This document shows positions 17,283-26,676 of a stretch of DNA of 64,000 nucleotides, piece after piece; positions within the stretch are counted from its first letter, which is position 1; each line of letters begins with the position of its first letter. Below the pieces are notes generated by a model. It did not search any database. It was given only the letters and a program-made list of their open reading frames with translations, and was not told the DNA's origin. The stretch is taken from contig CAZVBN010000001.1 of NCBI GenBank assembly GCA_964625845.1, positions 18,484 through 82,483 of the forward strand. Direction: 5' to 3'. The DNA comes from an uncultured Candidatus Saccharibacteria bacterium. Its GTDB lineage: Bacteria; Patescibacteriota; Saccharimonadia; Saccharimonadales; Saccharimonadaceae. Both the position numbers and the translations under genes were made by a program.

Positions 17283-18719
17283 ATGTCCAAAAATCGAAAG
17301 CACGCGCTAAAAATGGCGCAAAAGAACGTAGATATCAACTTTAACGCTGAAGAGTTTGCTCAATGGCTAATAGAAGAAGTTCTTAATCCGCCGCAAGATA
17401 TTGCTATGAAGATTATTCGAATAATGAGTGCGGACCCAAAAGCCAAGAAGTTGTTCAAGAATCACAAGGAAGAGCTTCAAGCTCGAGTCAAAGACGGCGA
17501 AGATTTTTCGCCCGAGCTCGCTTTGAAAATTTCCGAATATATTAGCGAAAATCCTCACAAAGCTCGAGTCTCAGCTTCTCCGCTTGGAAATTTTGATTCA
17601 ATAAATTTAAAGGAAGCATTCCTTGAAAGCAAAAAGACCAAAGTTGACGAAGATGACGAAAATGTTCCTTGTGAAGATTCTGACCAACAAGATATCAAAA
17701 AACTTCTTGCGAAAATTACTCTTCAAGAAGAATTGATTTCAAAATTGAAGTTTGACAAAAATCGAATTAACGGCGAAAATCAACGCCTGCAAAACATTTC
17801 GAAAAAGTTCGAAAAATCTGAAGAAGAAAATCAAAAACTTCAAGATGAAAATTACGATCTTCGAAATGAAGTTGGTGCTCTTCGAAGTGAAATCGAGAAT
17901 CTTAAATGCAGATTATGGAATGCAAGCATTGCGACACCGCAAGCGACCGATTCTTCTGACGCGATAATCGACAAGCTCAAGGAAGAAAATCTCTCCCTGA
18001 AAGAAGAGCTTAAAAACAAAGAATCCACCATAGACGAATTCATGTCTCTGGTTTCAAGTATGCAAAACTTGATAAATCCAGCGAAAAACAAGAGCGACAA
18101 AAAGACCGAAAAGCCAGATAAGCCCAGTAGAAATGTCTCGAAAGCCGTTCTGAGCAATTCAAACCGCTTTACGCCAGATAGCCCAAGAACTTTTGTGCTA
18201 CGCTCGCGTCAAATTTTACAAAGTTTTAAGACTCAAGAAATCCGATTACGCGGCTGGCGCACTCCACGCAGAACTCCATATAAAGCGACGAAACCGAAGG
18301 GTTCGACAAGGAATAAGACAGAAATTCTAACAAAGTCGCTTTCTCTGGATGAGCTTCTTGAAATGAAGAGCTTAAAAGTTTGCCTGATTCGCGAGAAAAA
18401 GCCGGAGGAAATGACCGAAATCATCAAGCTTTTCGCGGATAATTCTCGATATGTCCAACCTTATCGCGAAGATTTTAAGGTAAAAGACTATCTCGCCGAA
18501 ATTAAGCGAGAGAAATATGATATTTACGCAGTTTTTCGAGATTCTGCAAAGCATCACGTCGCCTACAGTGTGTGGTGGCAAGGTTTCGAAAATGTTGTCG
18601 TTTTTGACTTCGGCGAAGAAAAAGAAGGCGAAGATCGTTCACGAGTCTCCGCTCAAGTCAACATAATCAAAAAAATTCTCGAAAAATCTCGAGAATTAAA
18701 AAGACATCAAATAGCCTGA
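17283..18719 (+). CDS. Hypothetical protein with a central coiled coil
   Basis: 478 aa. Heptad-like Lys/Glu/Leu/Asn region at about aa 140-260, a basic Ser/Thr/Arg linker, and a C-terminal globular part (YAVFRDSAKHHVAYSVWWQGFENVVVFDFG). It has its own promoter, SD and terminator. Confidence 0.6.
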   Translation: MSKNRKHALKMAQKNVDINFNAEEFAQWLIEEVLNPPQDIAMKIIRIMSADPKAKKLFKNHKEELQARVKDGEDFSPELALKISEYISENPHKARVSASPLGNFDSINLKEAFLESKKTKVDEDDENVPCEDSDQQDIKKLLAKITLQEELISKLKFDKNRINGENQRLQNISKKFEKSEEENQKLQDENYDLRNEVGALRSEIENLKCRLWNASIATPQATDSSDAIIDKLKEENLSLKEELKNKESTIDEFMSLVSSMQNLINPAKNKSDKKTEKPDKPSRNVSKAVLSNSNRFTPDSPRTFVLRSRQILQSFKTQEIRLRGWRTPRRTPYKATKPKGSTRNKTEILTKSLSLDELLEMKSLKVCLIREKKPEEMTEIIKLFADNSRYVQPYREDFKVKDYLAEIKREKYDIYAVFRDSAKHHVAYSVWWQGFENVVVFDFGEEKEGEDRSRVSAQVNIIKKILEKSRELKRHQIA

Positions 18720-18720
18720 A

Positions 18721-18749
18721 AGCATCCTTAAATGGATGCTTTTTATTTT
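18721..18749 (+). terminator. Intrinsic terminator
   Basis: AGCATCC-TTAAAT-GGATGCT followed by TTTTATTTT, 2 nt after the TGA stop. Confidence 0.65.
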
Positions 18750-18760
18750 CAAATTTTACA

Positions 18761-18790
18761 AAATAAAACTGAGCCAAACTTTCGGCTCAG
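18761..18790 (-). terminator. Intrinsic terminator after ppa
   Basis: Minus strand reads CUGAGCC-GAAAGUUU-GGCUCAG followed by UUUUAUUU. Confidence 0.6.
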
Positions 18791-18804
18791 TCTTGTTTTT
18801 GAGA

Positions 18805-19335
18805 TTATTTTTCGTTCCAGCGCGCGATAGATTCTTCGATAACTTCGATCGCTTCTTCGACACCTGCGAATTTTTCAACCTTAGTTGTGCCAGCTTTTTT
18901 CAAATCTTTGTAGTGATTAAAGTGGAACTCAATCTGTTTAATGAGCTGTTCTGGCAAGTCGGCGAGAGTTTTATAAGCGTTGCCAGTGTCGCGATCATCA
19001 GCAGGAACCGCGATGATTTTGTCGTCAACTTCACCGTCGTCAACAAATTTCATCACACCCAAAATTCGAGCTTCCAAGAAAACACCAGTAGTGAGTGGGT
19101 CGTTAGTGATAAGCAAAACGTCAAGCTCGTCGCCGTCTTCGTCCAAAGTTTGCGGAATAAAACCATAATTTGTAGGTTTTGCAAACGCTTTTGGCTCAAC
19201 GCGATCAAGTTGCATCACCGCAAGTTCGCGATTCCATTCGATTTTGTGAGTCGAACCTGTTGGAATCTCGACCACAACATTGATAATTCCATTTTTATAA
19301 TCACCCGCATTCAAAATTTTATTAAAATCTGCCAT
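18805..19335 (-). CDS. ppa: Inorganic pyrophosphatase (family I)
   Basis: 176 aa from MADFNKILN... The track ORF starts 17 codons earlier, but an AGAAGGAAA SD precedes this ATG. Motifs VVEIPTGS and DGDELDVLL. Confidence 0.9.
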   Translation of the reverse strand: MADFNKILNAGDYKNGIINVVVEIPTGSTHKIEWNRELAVMQLDRVEPKAFAKPTNYGFIPQTLDEDGDELDVLLITNDPLTTGVFLEARILGVMKFVDDGEVDDKIIAVPADDRDTGNAYKTLADLPEQLIKQIEFHFNHYKDLKKAGTTKVEKFAGVEEAIEVIEESIARWNEK

Positions 19336-19392
19336 AATTTCCTTTCTTCTTTCTTTAATTTTAGCAAAAAAGTGGTGATTTTTCAATAAGCC

Positions 19393-20319
19393 TTATTCCC
19401 GATTCGCCAACTCAACTAAACTCGCTTCCGCCGATTTTTGCGTGCGGCGGCGTTTTGGTGATTTTGGTTGGTTTTTTGGTGAGCTTTTTTGATTTTTTGA
19501 AGAATTTTTCGCTGTTTTTCGCGCAGATTTTTTCGAATTTTCAGCCGGCTTTTTTCCCTCGTTTTTCGAAGAAGAAGCCGTCGAAACTGGCGCGCGACCT
19601 TTGCTTTTTGCGCTTTCGGCTTTTTGATTTTTTACCACAACAGGACGCGCAAACATCATTTTGCCAGCCGCAGTTTGAAGCGAGCGAATAAATTCAACTT
19701 CGCAAGTCGTACCAACCAAACTCTCGGCGTTCTCAACAACCACCATTGTGCCATCAGGAAGATGTCCAATGCCCTGCTTTTTCTCGTTTCCGCGACCGGT
19801 GATTTCGAGCATCAATTTTTCGCCCGGCAAAAAATCAGCACGAACAGACTGAACCAGCTCATTGATATTCAAAACTTCAATTCCTTCGACTTTCGCAACC
19901 TTGTTCAAGTTATAGTCAGCCGTCAAAATCGCCGCATTCATTTTTTTCGCCAAGTTCAAAAGTCGATTATCGACACCTTCCTTCGCCGAATTTCCGTCCG
20001 CCAAAATCGACACATTCAAGCCTTTTTCATCCTGAAGCGCCGAAATTATATCAAGTCCGTAACGCGCGCGAGTTCGTTTTTCGTCGTCACCGCCGTCCGC
20101 CAAAATTTGAAGTTCGCCAACCACACTTCGCGGAATTAAAATATCAAAGTTGATGAAGCCAGTTTTCGCCACCGTCAAAAATCGCCCGTCGATCAAAATC
20201 GAAGTATCGACTAAAACACGCTTGTTGGCTTTTCGAATGAGCGGAGTTTTTTTATTACCTAAATCACGCCAAATCAAAATATTAAATATTATCGCTATAA
20301 ATATTAAAATTGTATCCAT
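19393..20319 (-). CDS. PIN/TRAM-domain protein (YacL-like) with a Lys/Ser-rich tail
   Basis: 308 aa. N-terminal TM helix, PIN domain (VLVDTSILIDGR), TRAM-like beta domain, and a basic tail of about 70 aa. It sits downstream of radA, as in many Gram-positive genomes. Confidence 0.75.
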   Translation of the reverse strand: MDTILIFIAIIFNILIWRDLGNKKTPLIRKANKRVLVDTSILIDGRFLTVAKTGFINFDILIPRSVVGELQILADGGDDEKRTRARYGLDIISALQDEKGLNVSILADGNSAKEGVDNRLLNLAKKMNAAILTADYNLNKVAKVEGIEVLNINELVQSVRADFLPGEKLMLEITGRGNEKKQGIGHLPDGTMVVVENAESLVGTTCEVEFIRSLQTAAGKMMFARPVVVKNQKAESAKSKGRAPVSTASSSKNEGKKPAENSKKSARKTAKNSSKNQKSSPKNQPKSPKRRRTQKSAEASLVELANRE

Positions 20320-20334
20320 TTTTCTCCTTGGAAT

Positions 20335-21687
20335 TTATTGTAAGTATTTTATCAAAGCGTCGCGAAGATTTTTGACTGGGCGGACAAATTTGCTTTTCGA
20401 AGAATTTGGTGGCGCAATAATTTCGTTGAAGCCGAGTTTTTTCGCCTCGGCGATTCGCCTTTCCGCTTGCTGTGCAGTGCGAATTTCGCCGCCAAGACCG
20501 ATTTCGCCAAAAACCACCACGCCGTCGGAAAGTTTTCGCGAAGCCGCCGCCGAAGCAATCGCCATCGCCACTGCCAAATCGGCCGCCTGGTCGTTGATTT
20601 TCAAACCACCAACCACATTCACAAAAATATCTTTGTCGCTCAAATCGAGCTTGGTTCGTTGCTGAATCACCGCAATCAACAGATTCAAACGGTTCAAATC
20701 GAAACCGCTGGCCGCGCGTTTTGGATAGCCAAAATTCGAAGTCGAAACTAGCGCCTGAATTTCTACTAAAATCGGTCGCGTACCTTCGAGCGTCGCCAAA
20801 ATTATCGAACCGTCGGTATTTTGCCGTTCAGCAAGAAGCGCCGCCGAAGGATTTTCGACAATCTGAAGCCCTTTTTCGCCCATTTCGAAAATCGCCGCCT
20901 CGGAAGTCGAGCCGTAGCGATTTTTCACCGCGCGCACCACTTTGAAGCCGCCGTAGCGATCGCCCTCAAAATTCAGCACGACATCAACCATATGCTCGAG
21001 TGTTTTTGGCCCAGCAATCGATCCTTCCTTGGTGATATGGCCAACCAAAATCACCGCCGTGCCAGATTTTTTGGCCGCTTGAATTATTAAATTCGATGAA
21101 TTTGTAATCTGCGAAACGCTACCTGCCGCGCTCGAAATTTCAGCCATCGCCAGCGTCTGAATCGAGTCGATAATCACCAAGTCGAAATCACCGCCGTCGA
21201 TCGTCGAAGCAATGTCGTCGGCTGAGGTCGAAGCCGCGAATTTCAGGTTCGGCGCACCAGCAGAATTCAACCTTTGCGCACGCATCGCCACCTGCTCGGC
21301 AGATTCTTCGCCCGAAACATACAGCACATTTTTTTGCCCAGCGATAAATCCCGAAATTTGCATCAAAAGCGTCGATTTCCCAATTCCTGGCTGGCCAGCG
21401 ATCAGCATCACACCCGCCGGCAAAATTCCACCACCCAAAACCGTGTCTAAATCAGCAATTCCGCTCGAAATTCGCGGTTGCCTTTTTTCAGAAATAATTT
21501 CGTTTAGATTTTGAGTTGCCAATTTTTTGCCCTTGCCAGCACTTTTCGCCACGACATTTTTCGCCGCAACTTCTTCGAATTCTTCAACCAAAGAATTCCA
21601 CTGACCGCAATTGTCGCATTTTCCAGTCCATTTCGGATAAGACGCGCCACAATTTTGGCACACAAATTTCGTTTTTAACTTCGCCAC
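20335..21687 (-). CDS. radA: DNA repair protein RadA/Sms
   Basis: 450 aa. Zinc finger CQNCG...CDNCGQWNS, Walker A GQPGIGKSTLL, and a Lon-like C-terminal domain. Confidence 0.95.
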   Translation of the reverse strand: MAKLKTKFVCQNCGASYPKWTGKCDNCGQWNSLVEEFEEVAAKNVVAKSAGKGKKLATQNLNEIISEKRQPRISSGIADLDTVLGGGILPAGVMLIAGQPGIGKSTLLMQISGFIAGQKNVLYVSGEESAEQVAMRAQRLNSAGAPNLKFAASTSADDIASTIDGGDFDLVIIDSIQTLAMAEISSAAGSVSQITNSSNLIIQAAKKSGTAVILVGHITKEGSIAGPKTLEHMVDVVLNFEGDRYGGFKVVRAVKNRYGSTSEAAIFEMGEKGLQIVENPSAALLAERQNTDGSIILATLEGTRPILVEIQALVSTSNFGYPKRAASGFDLNRLNLLIAVIQQRTKLDLSDKDIFVNVVGGLKINDQAADLAVAMAIASAAASRKLSDGVVVFGEIGLGGEIRTAQQAERRIAEAKKLGFNEIIAPPNSSKSKFVRPVKNLRDALIKYLQ

Positions 21688-21717
21688 TTCTAAATTTTAG
21701 CACATTTCGCCAAAAAA

Positions 21718-22713
21718 TTAAAGCGAAGTCGCCTGTTCAACTTTTTCGATTTTTGAATTTAGGCTGTCGTAAAGTTTTTGAATCTGACTGGAGATGCTTT
21801 GGAGTTCAGCGGATTTTATGTTATATTCGTCGACCTTGGCGTTGATTTGCGCGCGATACGATTCCAGATAATCAACACGAGCCAAAAGTCTGGCGCGGTC
21901 GGCGTAAAATGCTTGCTCACTCCAATAATAACCACTGTCAGCGTTGGCGTTAAAAGTCGCAATGTCACCGTTCAAAATATCAACCTTTGCCGAATAATCG
22001 TCGCTCTGCGCATCGATTTCACCCTTCAAAGCCACCAGTTCGGCATCCAACGTTTCGGCGCGCGATTTTAGCGTTTTGAATTTCGATTGGTAGTTTTCAT
22101 TTAGCTGGACAATTTCGCTTCTATTTTTGAAAATTTTCGCATAATATTGTTCCAAATCACTCGAAAGATCGGCAATTTCTGTGCCTAAAATCGAATGAAG
22201 CTCGTTAGTTTCTTGGCCGGGCTCAGTTTTGGCGTAGCTCGCCATCAACTCTTCTAACTCGCTAGTTTTGACTCTTTCGTATTCAGCCTGGAGTTTCGCG
22301 CCGAGATCTTTGCGCTTGCTCTCGGACATTCTCGCCCAAACCGCGTGAAGCAATTCGTGCGCCGCGGTAACTTCTTCGACGCCGTTCAAATCCTCATTTT
22401 CGACGCTAAAAACAAAAATCGAATCGTCGCGATAACAGCCCAAAACAGTAGTTTGCTCGAAATAATTTCCGCAATTTTGATTGAAATTTTCCGCCGGCAA
22501 AAGTTGTGGATTCGTCGCATAAAAAATCTGCTTTCCGCTTTCAGTCGGTTTGATTTTTTCAACAATTTGCAGAATTTCCGCGCTCGGCTTGAAGTTTTTC
22601 ACCTTAAAATAATCTTGAATTCGCCGAAAATTCACACCAACAAAAATCGATCCGCCCACCAAAATCAGCAGAAAAATCCATCCAAAAATCTTCGCGAAAT
22701 TCAACTTTTTCAT
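21718..22713 (-). CDS. Membrane-anchored protein with an HExxH motif and a C-terminal coiled coil
   Basis: About 331 aa from MKKLNFAKIFGWIFLLILVGG (TM). Contains AAHELLHAVW (HExxH), then long heptad-like repeats. The start is chosen 7 nt downstream of a TATAAT box; the track ORF extends to 22797. Confidence 0.55.
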   Translation of the reverse strand: MKKLNFAKIFGWIFLLILVGGSIFVGVNFRRIQDYFKVKNFKPSAEILQIVEKIKPTESGKQIFYATNPQLLPAENFNQNCGNYFEQTTVLGCYRDDSIFVFSVENEDLNGVEEVTAAHELLHAVWARMSESKRKDLGAKLQAEYERVKTSELEELMASYAKTEPGQETNELHSILGTEIADLSSDLEQYYAKIFKNRSEIVQLNENYQSKFKTLKSRAETLDAELVALKGEIDAQSDDYSAKVDILNGDIATFNANADSGYYWSEQAFYADRARLLARVDYLESYRAQINAKVDEYNIKSAELQSISSQIQKLYDSLNSKIEKVEQATSL

Positions 22714-22720
22714 CATTTCC

Positions 22721-22773
22721 ATTATAACATTTTTTGCGCGAAACTTCAAAAAACTCATGCTTTTTGATATAAT
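22721..22773. promoter_or_regulatory. Back-to-back divergent promoters sharing the -35 region
   Basis: Minus strand reads TTGAAG-17-TATAAT-7-ATG(22713). Plus strand reads TTCAAA-17-TATAAT-7-ATG(22781). The two -35 hexamers occupy 22744-22750. Confidence 0.5.
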
Positions 22774-22780
22774 TATTTTA

Positions 22781-23458
22781 ATGAAAACTTCGAGCAAAAA
22801 ATTCCGAAATCGCCGACTCGCTTCACTTCTCGTGGCGGGAATTTTGGCGATTTTTACGATTTTTTCGAACCAAAATTTCTGGCAAAATTCAAAAAATTCA
22901 GCACAAATTTCCGAAAACTTCCAGCAAATTTCGCAAGATTTGGAGAGTTTAGAAGTGAAAGGTCGCGCGCCGAAAACTGGCTATTCACGAAAGCAATTTG
23001 GTGACGGTTGGGCGAAAGATTCCAGTGGTTGCGACACGCGAAATCGAATTTTGAAGCGAGATTTGCGCGAAACCACAGAAAATAAAAAATGCCAAATTCT
23101 GACTGGAATTTTGAGTGATCCTTACACTGGTCAAGAAATTAAGTTTTCGCGCGCCGAAAATTCATCCGCCGTCCAGATTGACCACGTGGTCGCGCTTTCC
23201 GATACTTGGCAAAAAGGCGCGCAGAATTTATCGTTCGAACGGCGTGTCGAGCTCGCCAACGATCCACTCAATTTGCTCGCCAGCGAAGGTGACGCAAACC
23301 AGCAAAAAGGTGACAGCGACGCCGCCAGCTGGCTTCCGCCGAACAAAAAATTCCGCTGCGACTACATCAGCCGGCAAATCCGCGTGAAGAAAAAATACTC
23401 TCTTTGGGTCACTTCTGCCGAAAAAGACGCAATGAAAAATGTTTTGGCGGAGTGCTAG
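22781..23458 (+). CDS. Secreted or membrane-anchored DUF1524 / HNH-type nuclease (GmrSD C-terminal-domain family)
   Basis: 225 aa. N-terminal anchor LASLLVAGILAIFTIF. Motifs GYSRKQFGDGW, QIDHVVALSDTW, NLLASEGDANQQKGD, WLPPNK..FRCDY. Confidence 0.75.
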   Translation: MKTSSKKFRNRRLASLLVAGILAIFTIFSNQNFWQNSKNSAQISENFQQISQDLESLEVKGRAPKTGYSRKQFGDGWAKDSSGCDTRNRILKRDLRETTENKKCQILTGILSDPYTGQEIKFSRAENSSAVQIDHVVALSDTWQKGAQNLSFERRVELANDPLNLLASEGDANQQKGDSDAASWLPPNKKFRCDYISRQIRVKKKYSLWVTSAEKDAMKNVLAEC

Positions 23459-24438
23459 TCAACTTCAAAAACATCTTTAATCTCAAAATCCTCGCCTTCA
23501 ACAATCGCACCAAGCAGCCGCATTTCGACGTTTTCGAGATTATTTTTGTGTACGAAAAATTCCGCCGCAAACCTCATTTGTTCGATTTTCTTTTTCGAAA
23601 TCGCAGCTTCGCCACCACCAAAATCAGCGGTTTTTCGAAATTTCACCTCTGTAAAATAATATTTTTCGCCCTTTTTTGAAACAATGTCAATTTCACACCA
23701 ACGCGTTCGCCAATTTCGCGCGAGAATTTCGTGGTTTTCTGCTCGCAAAAAACCCGCAACTTTTTCTTCGGCAAAATCGCCAATTTGCTTGGTTGTTTTT
23801 GGCTGAACATCTTCAGAATTATCGCCAGAAACCGCCAGAATCTCCGCAATCGGCTTAAAGCTCTTGCGATGAACCTCGCTCGCGCCAAATTCGCTCAGCG
23901 CCGCGCGATGTTTCGCCGTGCCGTAGCCGGAATTTCCAGCGAAATTATACGCCGAAAATTCAGCCTTTCCGCCCAAATCCGCCATAAATTTGTCGCGCGA
24001 AACTTTGGCAACAATCGCGGCAGCCGAAACACTCGAAATCAGCAAATCGGCTTTTTTGAGAGTAGAAACGTATTTTTCGAGAGGTGTTTTTTCGAGAAAA
24101 TTAATTGTGCCATCGATGATAATTTCGGTGAATTTTACGTTTTTGGCACGACATTTCGCCTGGACCTCTTCGACGGCGCGCCGAGTCGCCAACCGCAAAG
24201 CCTCGCCAAGCCCGATTTCGTCGAGCTCCGAGTTCGAAACCCAGCCCAAACCAACAATCGCTTCGCTCGCCAAAATTTCCGCAGCCAATTCTTCGCGACA
24301 CTTTTTCGAAAGCGCCTTGCTATCCGTCAAGCCGTCGATCTTCGCACCATTCAAAACACACGCACCAACCACCAACGGTCCCGCCCAAGCGCCTCGCCCG
24401 ACTTCGTCAATCCCGAGAATCATGTCTCTATTATACAA
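23455..24438 (-). CDS. rnhB: RNase HII fused to a YraN-family (UPF0102) endonuclease domain
   Basis: 327 aa. N-terminal ILGIDEVGRGAWAGPLVVGA and SKALS (RNase HII). The last ~120 aa (GDFAEEKVAGFLRAENHEILARNWRTRWCEIDIVSKKGEKYYFTEVKFR) match the YraN pattern. Confidence 0.8.
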   Translation of the reverse strand: MYNRDMILGIDEVGRGAWAGPLVVGACVLNGAKIDGLTDSKALSKKCREELAAEILASEAIVGLGWVSNSELDEIGLGEALRLATRRAVEEVQAKCRAKNVKFTEIIIDGTINFLEKTPLEKYVSTLKKADLLISSVSAAAIVAKVSRDKFMADLGGKAEFSAYNFAGNSGYGTAKHRAALSEFGASEVHRKSFKPIAEILAVSGDNSEDVQPKTTKQIGDFAEEKVAGFLRAENHEILARNWRTRWCEIDIVSKKGEKYYFTEVKFRKTADFGGGEAAISKKKIEQMRFAAEFFVHKNNLENVEMRLLGAIVEGEDFEIKDVFEVD

Positions 24439-24477
24439 AAAATCGCCCGAAATTTCGAGCGATTTTGAGATTTTAGA

Positions 24478-24915
24478 TTAAGCTTCGGCTTTTTCTTCCG
24501 CAACTTCTTCTTTTACTTCTTCGGCTTTTGGAGCTTCTGGCAAAGCGTTTACAGCTTCGCGGTCAAACGCAACTGGTTTTAGGCGAGCAGATTTACCACT
24601 TCGGTTTCGCAAGAACGATAGATAGTTTCGGCGAACTTTGCTTCGGCGAACGATTTCGATTTTTTCAACCAATGGGCTGTGAAGTAGGAAAGATTTTTCC
24701 ACACCAACACCGCTGGCGATTTTTCGAACGGTAATTCGAGCTGTGTGTGATTTTTTGCGGTCTGTTCGAATAACAACACCTTCAAAAATCTGGATTCGCT
24801 CTTTGTTACCTTCTTTAATTTTTTGGTGAACGCGAACAGTGTCGCCAGATTTTACATCTAAAACAGCTGGCTTTTTCTGTGCGTCATTTACTTTTTTGAT
24901 TAACTCAAAACTCAT
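24478..24915 (-). CDS. rplS: 50S ribosomal protein L19 with an acidic C-terminal extension
   Basis: 145 aa. SGDTVRVHQKIKEGNKERIQIFEGVVI. About 30 extra Glu/Ala/Lys-rich residues. Confidence 0.93.
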   Translation of the reverse strand: MSFELIKKVNDAQKKPAVLDVKSGDTVRVHQKIKEGNKERIQIFEGVVIRTDRKKSHTARITVRKIASGVGVEKSFLLHSPLVEKIEIVRRSKVRRNYLSFLRNRSGKSARLKPVAFDREAVNALPEAPKAEEVKEEVAEEKAEA

Positions 24916-24988
24916 ATTTACTCACTTTTAACTTTATTATATACAATTCAAGAAATATTATAACAAACTCGCGACGTTTTGTAAAGAG

Positions 24989-26617
24989 TTAAATCACACG
25001 ATTTACTTCATCTATTGTCGTTTCGCCGGCTAAAGCCAAAATTACACCTTGCTGGAGTAGTGTTAGCATTCCGTCACGACAAGCTTCTTCTTCGATAATT
25101 TTCGCCGCAAATTCACCTTTGTCGCCACGCAAAAACGCCTGAATTTTCTCGCTGACGATCATTTGCTCCATCACCACCACGCGCCCTTTGTAGCCAAACG
25201 GATTTTCGTCCGAAACCACTGGTCGCCAAAGTTTAAAATCACCAGAAATATCTTGCGGAATTTTCTCGGCTGGAACGTTCGCGAGAACTTTTCGAATCCA
25301 TTTTTTAGTGGCTTCATCTGGAGAATATTCCTGTTTGTTTTCGTCTAATTTTCGAACCAAACGCTGCGCGATCAGTAGGCGAATCGCACTCGAAAAAATC
25401 GGATTTTGACCAATCATGTCAATCATGCGCGAAAACGCCGCTGAAGTCGAATTCGCATGAAAGCTCGAAAGCACCAAATGTCCCGTAATCGAAGCCTGAA
25501 TCGCCGTGCGCGCCGTGTCAGTATCGCGAATCTCACCAATCATCACCACATCTGGGTCGAGCCGAAGAACGGATCGCAAACCATCCGCAAAACTCTGCCC
25601 ACCAGTAGTATCAATCGGGATCTGCGAAATTCCGCTAATTCCGTATTCGATCGGATCTTCCAAAGTGATAATTTTGCGATCAGAAGTATTTAGTGCGTTC
25701 AACATTGAATAAAGCGTCGTCGACTTACCACTTCCCGTCGGCCCAACCATCAACACCATTCCGCGCGGATGTGAAATAATTTCATCAATTTCGGCGCGCT
25801 GTTCTGGCTGAATCCCCAACAAATCCAAGTTCAGCATACTTTCATCAAAGTTAAACAAACGAAGCACGGCATCCATCCCATACATCGTTGGCACAGTTTC
25901 GACGCGCAAATTCAAAAGATGCGAAGCGCCATCTCGAAAAATATCTTTTTGAATATGCCCCGATTGTGAAGTTTTCGAAGCACTCGAAACGCCCGCGCGA
26001 CTCGAAAGCTCGCCCATAATCACACGATAACGATCACGACCAAGTTCAGCCACAGGATGAAGCGCACCATCGACACGCATTCGAATCCGAATCGAATGTC
26101 GCTGATTCTCGATGTGAATATCGCTCGCACCAAGCCGATCCGCCTGATCGATCAAATAATCAAAAATCTTATCGCTCGCCACGCCAGCCAAAGTTTGTGA
26201 AACCTGCGCCAGAGTTTCACTGTCGCCTTCGCTCGCAATTTCGATGTCGTCGTAAATAATTTCCTTCGGCGGATCATAGCGACGCATGATTTTTTTCCAC
26301 GCAAATTCAGAAATCAAATAAAACTCGACATTTTTGCCGTTATCTTCGTAAGAACGCTTGATTTTTTGAATTACCGAGCGCGGCGTTTGGCTAGTGATCA
26401 TAATTCGCCAAGGTTCGCCAGTTTCGTCGCGACCAGCTTGAAGTGGTGCCAAAAATCCAGCATACATCTGTTCATTGCTAAAAATTCCGCGCGCCAAAGG
26501 GAAACTGTCCTCGAAGTCGCGAGTATCCAGATACGCCAACCCCAAAATATCCGCTCGCTTAGCAGTTGCGTTTTCTTCTTGCTCGCGTCGTCGCTGCTGA
26601 ATTTTTTGCTCGTCCAT
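24989..26617 (-). CDS. pilB: Type IV pilus / type II secretion assembly ATPase (PilB/GspE family)
   Basis: 542 aa from MDEQKIQQ... Walker A GPTGSGKSTTLYS, Asp box, His box, and an N-terminal T2SSE_N-like domain. The track ORF extends 24 codons upstream into the divergent gene. Confidence 0.88.
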   Translation of the reverse strand: MDEQKIQQRRREQEENATAKRADILGLAYLDTRDFEDSFPLARGIFSNEQMYAGFLAPLQAGRDETGEPWRIMITSQTPRSVIQKIKRSYEDNGKNVEFYLISEFAWKKIMRRYDPPKEIIYDDIEIASEGDSETLAQVSQTLAGVASDKIFDYLIDQADRLGASDIHIENQRHSIRIRMRVDGALHPVAELGRDRYRVIMGELSSRAGVSSASKTSQSGHIQKDIFRDGASHLLNLRVETVPTMYGMDAVLRLFNFDESMLNLDLLGIQPEQRAEIDEIISHPRGMVLMVGPTGSGKSTTLYSMLNALNTSDRKIITLEDPIEYGISGISQIPIDTTGGQSFADGLRSVLRLDPDVVMIGEIRDTDTARTAIQASITGHLVLSSFHANSTSAAFSRMIDMIGQNPIFSSAIRLLIAQRLVRKLDENKQEYSPDEATKKWIRKVLANVPAEKIPQDISGDFKLWRPVVSDENPFGYKGRVVVMEQMIVSEKIQAFLRGDKGEFAAKIIEEEACRDGMLTLLQQGVILALAGETTIDEVNRVI

Positions 26618-26676
26618 TACTTTTATTTTAGCATAAGCGCTTGAAATCTTCAACGAAAAAATGTTAAAATCGAAGA

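Noticed and set aside
17283-18719. Possible alternative genetic code, since some CPR lineages recode UGA.
   Set aside because: All recognisable genes are full length and uninterrupted under code 11. TGA is used as a terminal stop (for example at 18717-18719), directly followed by a terminator hairpin. Nothing suggests in-frame UGA read-through.
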